Shown here: positions 61,801 through 64,000 of the stretch, piece after piece
Numbering within the stretch: the first letter of the stretch is position 1
How the letters are laid out: each line of letters begins with the position of its first letter
Assembly: GCA_040954595.2 (NCBI GenBank)
Contig: CM082594.2
Location: 11,670,885-11,734,884 of the forward strand
Length of the DNA: 64,000 nucleotides
Direction: 5' to 3'
From: Balanoglossus misakiensis
Lineage: Eukaryota; Animalia; Hemichordata
Made by a program: the position numbers and the translations under genes
Notes under the pieces: generated by a model
Seen by the model: only the letters and a program-made list of their open reading frames with translations
What the model was told of the DNA's origin: nothing
The model's database searches: none

Positions 61801-64000
61801 TTTCCTGAGCTATAACCCATGGTTTTTTCAAAAAATGACCAAATTTGAAAATTCGCAAAGTCGAAATATCGTCGATTTTTCGCGATTTTCCTGAGCTATA
61901 ACCCATGGTTTTTTCAAAAAATGACCAAATTTTGAAAATTCGCAAAGTCGAAAAATCGTCGATTTTTCGCGATTTTCCTGAGCTATAACCCATGGTTTTT
62001 TCAAAAAATGACCAAATTTTGAAAATTCGCAAAGTCGAAAAATCGTCGATTTTTCGCGATTTTCCTGAGCTATAACCCATGGTTTTTTCAAAAAATGACC
62101 AAATTTTGAAAATTCGCAAAGTCGAAAAATCGTCGATTTTTCGCGATTTTCCTGAGCTATAACCCATGGTTTTTTCAAAAAATGACCAAATTTTGAAAAT
62201 TCGCAAAGTCGAAAAATCGTCGATTTTTCGCGATTTTCCTGAGCTATAACCCATGGTTTTTTCAAAAAATGACCAAATTTTGAAAATTCGCAAAGTCGAA
62301 AAATCGTCGATTTTTCGCGATTTTCCTGAGCTATAACCCATGGTTTTTTTCAAAAAATGACCAAATTTTGAAAATTCGCAAAGTCGAAAAATCGTCGATT
62401 TTTCGCGATTTTCCTGAGCTATAACCCATGGTTTTTTCAAAAAATGACCAAATTTTGAAAATTCGCAAAGTCGAAAAATCGTCGATTTTTCGCGATTTTC
62501 CTGAGCTATAACCCATGGTTTTTTCAAAAAATGACCAAATTTTGAAAATTCGCAAAGTCGAAAAATCGTCGATTTTTCGCGATTTTCCTGAGCTATAACC
62601 CATGGTTTTTTCAAAAAATGACCAAATTTGTGAAAATTCGCAAAGTCGAAAAATCGTCGATTTTTCGCGATTTTCCTGAGCTATAACCCATGGTTTTTTC
62701 AAAAAATGACCAAATTTTGAAAATTCGCAAAGTCGAAAAATCGTCGATTTTTCGCGATTTTCCTGAGCTATAACCCATGGTTTTTTCAAAAAATGACCAA
62801 ATTTTGAAAATTCGCAAAGTCGAAAAATCGTCGATTTTTCGCGATTTTCCTGAGCTATAACCCATGGTTTTTTCAAAAAATGACCAAATTTTGAAAATTC
62901 GCAAAGTCGAAAAATCGTCGATTTTTCGCGATTTTCCTGAGCTATAACCCATGGTTTTTTCAAAAAATGACCAAATTTTGAAAATTCGCAAAGTCGAAAA
63001 ATCGTCGATTTTTCGCGATTTTCCTGAGCTATAACCCATGGTTTTTTCAAAAAATGACCAAATTTTGAAAATTCGCAAAGTCGAAAAATCGTCGATTTTT
63101 CGCGATTTTCCTGAGCTATAACCCATGGTTTTTTCAAAAAATGACCAAATTTTGAAAATTCGCAAAGTCGAAAAATCGTCGATTTTTCGCGATTTTCCTG
63201 AGCTATAACCCATGGTTTTTTCAAAAAATGACCAAATTTTGAAAATTCGCAAAGTCGAAAAAATCGTCGATTTTTCGCGATTTCCTGAGCTATAACCCAT
63301 GGTTTTTTCAAAAAATGACCAAATTTTGAAAATTCGCAAAGTCGAAAAATCGTCGATTTTTCGCGATTTTCCTGAGCTATAACCCATGGTTTTTTCAAAA
63401 AATGACCAAATTTTGAAAATTCGCAAAGTCGAAAAATCGTCGATTTTTCGCGATTTTCCTGAGCTATAACCCATGGTTTTTTCAAAAAATGACCAAATTT
63501 TGAAAATTCGCAAAGTCGAAAAATCGTCGATTTTTCGCGATTTTCCTGAGCTATAACCCATGGTTTTTTCAAAAAATGACCAAATTTTGAAAATTCGCAA
63601 AGTCGAAAAATCGTCGATTTTTCGCGATTTTCCTGAGCTATAACCCATGGTTTTTTCAAAAAATGACCAAATTTTGAAAATTCGCAAAGTCGAAAAATCG
63701 TCGATTTTTCGCGATTTTCCTGAGCTATAACCCATGGTTTTTTCAAAAAATGACCAAATTTTGAAAATTCGCAAAGTCGAAAAATCGTCGATTTTTCGCG
63801 ATTTTCCTGAGCTATAACCCATGGTTTTTTCAAAAAATGACCAAATTTTGAAAATTCGCAAAGTCGAAAAATCGTCGATTTTTCGCGATTTTCCTGAGCT
63901 AAACCCATGGTTTTTTCAAAAATGACCAAATTTTGAAAATTCGCAAAGTCGAAAAAATCGTCGATTTTTCGCGATTTTCCTGAGCTATAAACCATGGTTT
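46863..64000. repeat. 87-bp tandem satellite DNA array, about 197 copies, running off the window end
   Basis: Consensus AAAAAATGACCAAATTTTGAAAATTCGCAAAGTCGAAAAATCGTCGATTTTTCGCGATTTTCCTGAGCTATAACCCATGGTTTTTTC. Units are head-to-tail with no spacers. Most match the consensus and variants differ by 1-3 nt. Confidence 0.99.

Noticed and set aside
46834-63995. Very long minus-strand ORFs (up to 1703 aa) of 29-aa repeats
   Set aside because: 87 bp is 29 codons and two minus frames happen to lack stops. Both overlapping frames are open, variants create stops and frameshifts freely, and there is no unique N- or C-terminal domain. This is a satellite artefact, not a protein.
46863-64000. CRISPR-like array of palindromic repeats
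   Set aside because: There are no unique spacers, units are contiguous and identical, there are no cas genes, and the context is eukaryotic.
46863-64000. Tandem tRNA, 5S or snRNA gene cluster (unit length is tRNA-like)
   Set aside because: No cloverleaf, no A/B box (GTTCRA) and no recognisable structural RNA sequence.

Overview
Eukaryotic (animal) genomic DNA with GT-AG introns. The gene families present suggest a marine invertebrate deuterostome such as a hemichordate, amphioxus or echinoderm, but that is inference only. Bases 1-46.8 kb are gene-dense and hold eight genes: two paralogous class A (neuropeptide-receptor-like) GPCRs with intronless CDS in convergent orientation; between them a 15-exon GMC oxidoreductase and a 3-exon Golgi carbohydrate sulfotransferase; then a RING/B-box/coiled-coil TRIM, a 9-exon RUSC1/2-type RUN-domain gene apparently lacking SH3, a BTB-BACK-Kelch gene and an SLC35G/EamA transporter. 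Two unrelated MITEs have TAG..CTA ends and perfect 9-bp target-site duplications (AcademH-like). From about 46,863 to the window end lies a very homogeneous 87-bp tandem satellite of about 197 copies, with dyad symmetry, CpG enrichment and emerging higher-order repeats. All the long ORFs over the satellite are artefacts. I found no clearly new protein system. The best leads are the satellite (a centromere candidate next to ordinary genes), the MITEs and the atypical RUSC architecture. Exon coordinates were read by hand and need RNA-seq confirmation.
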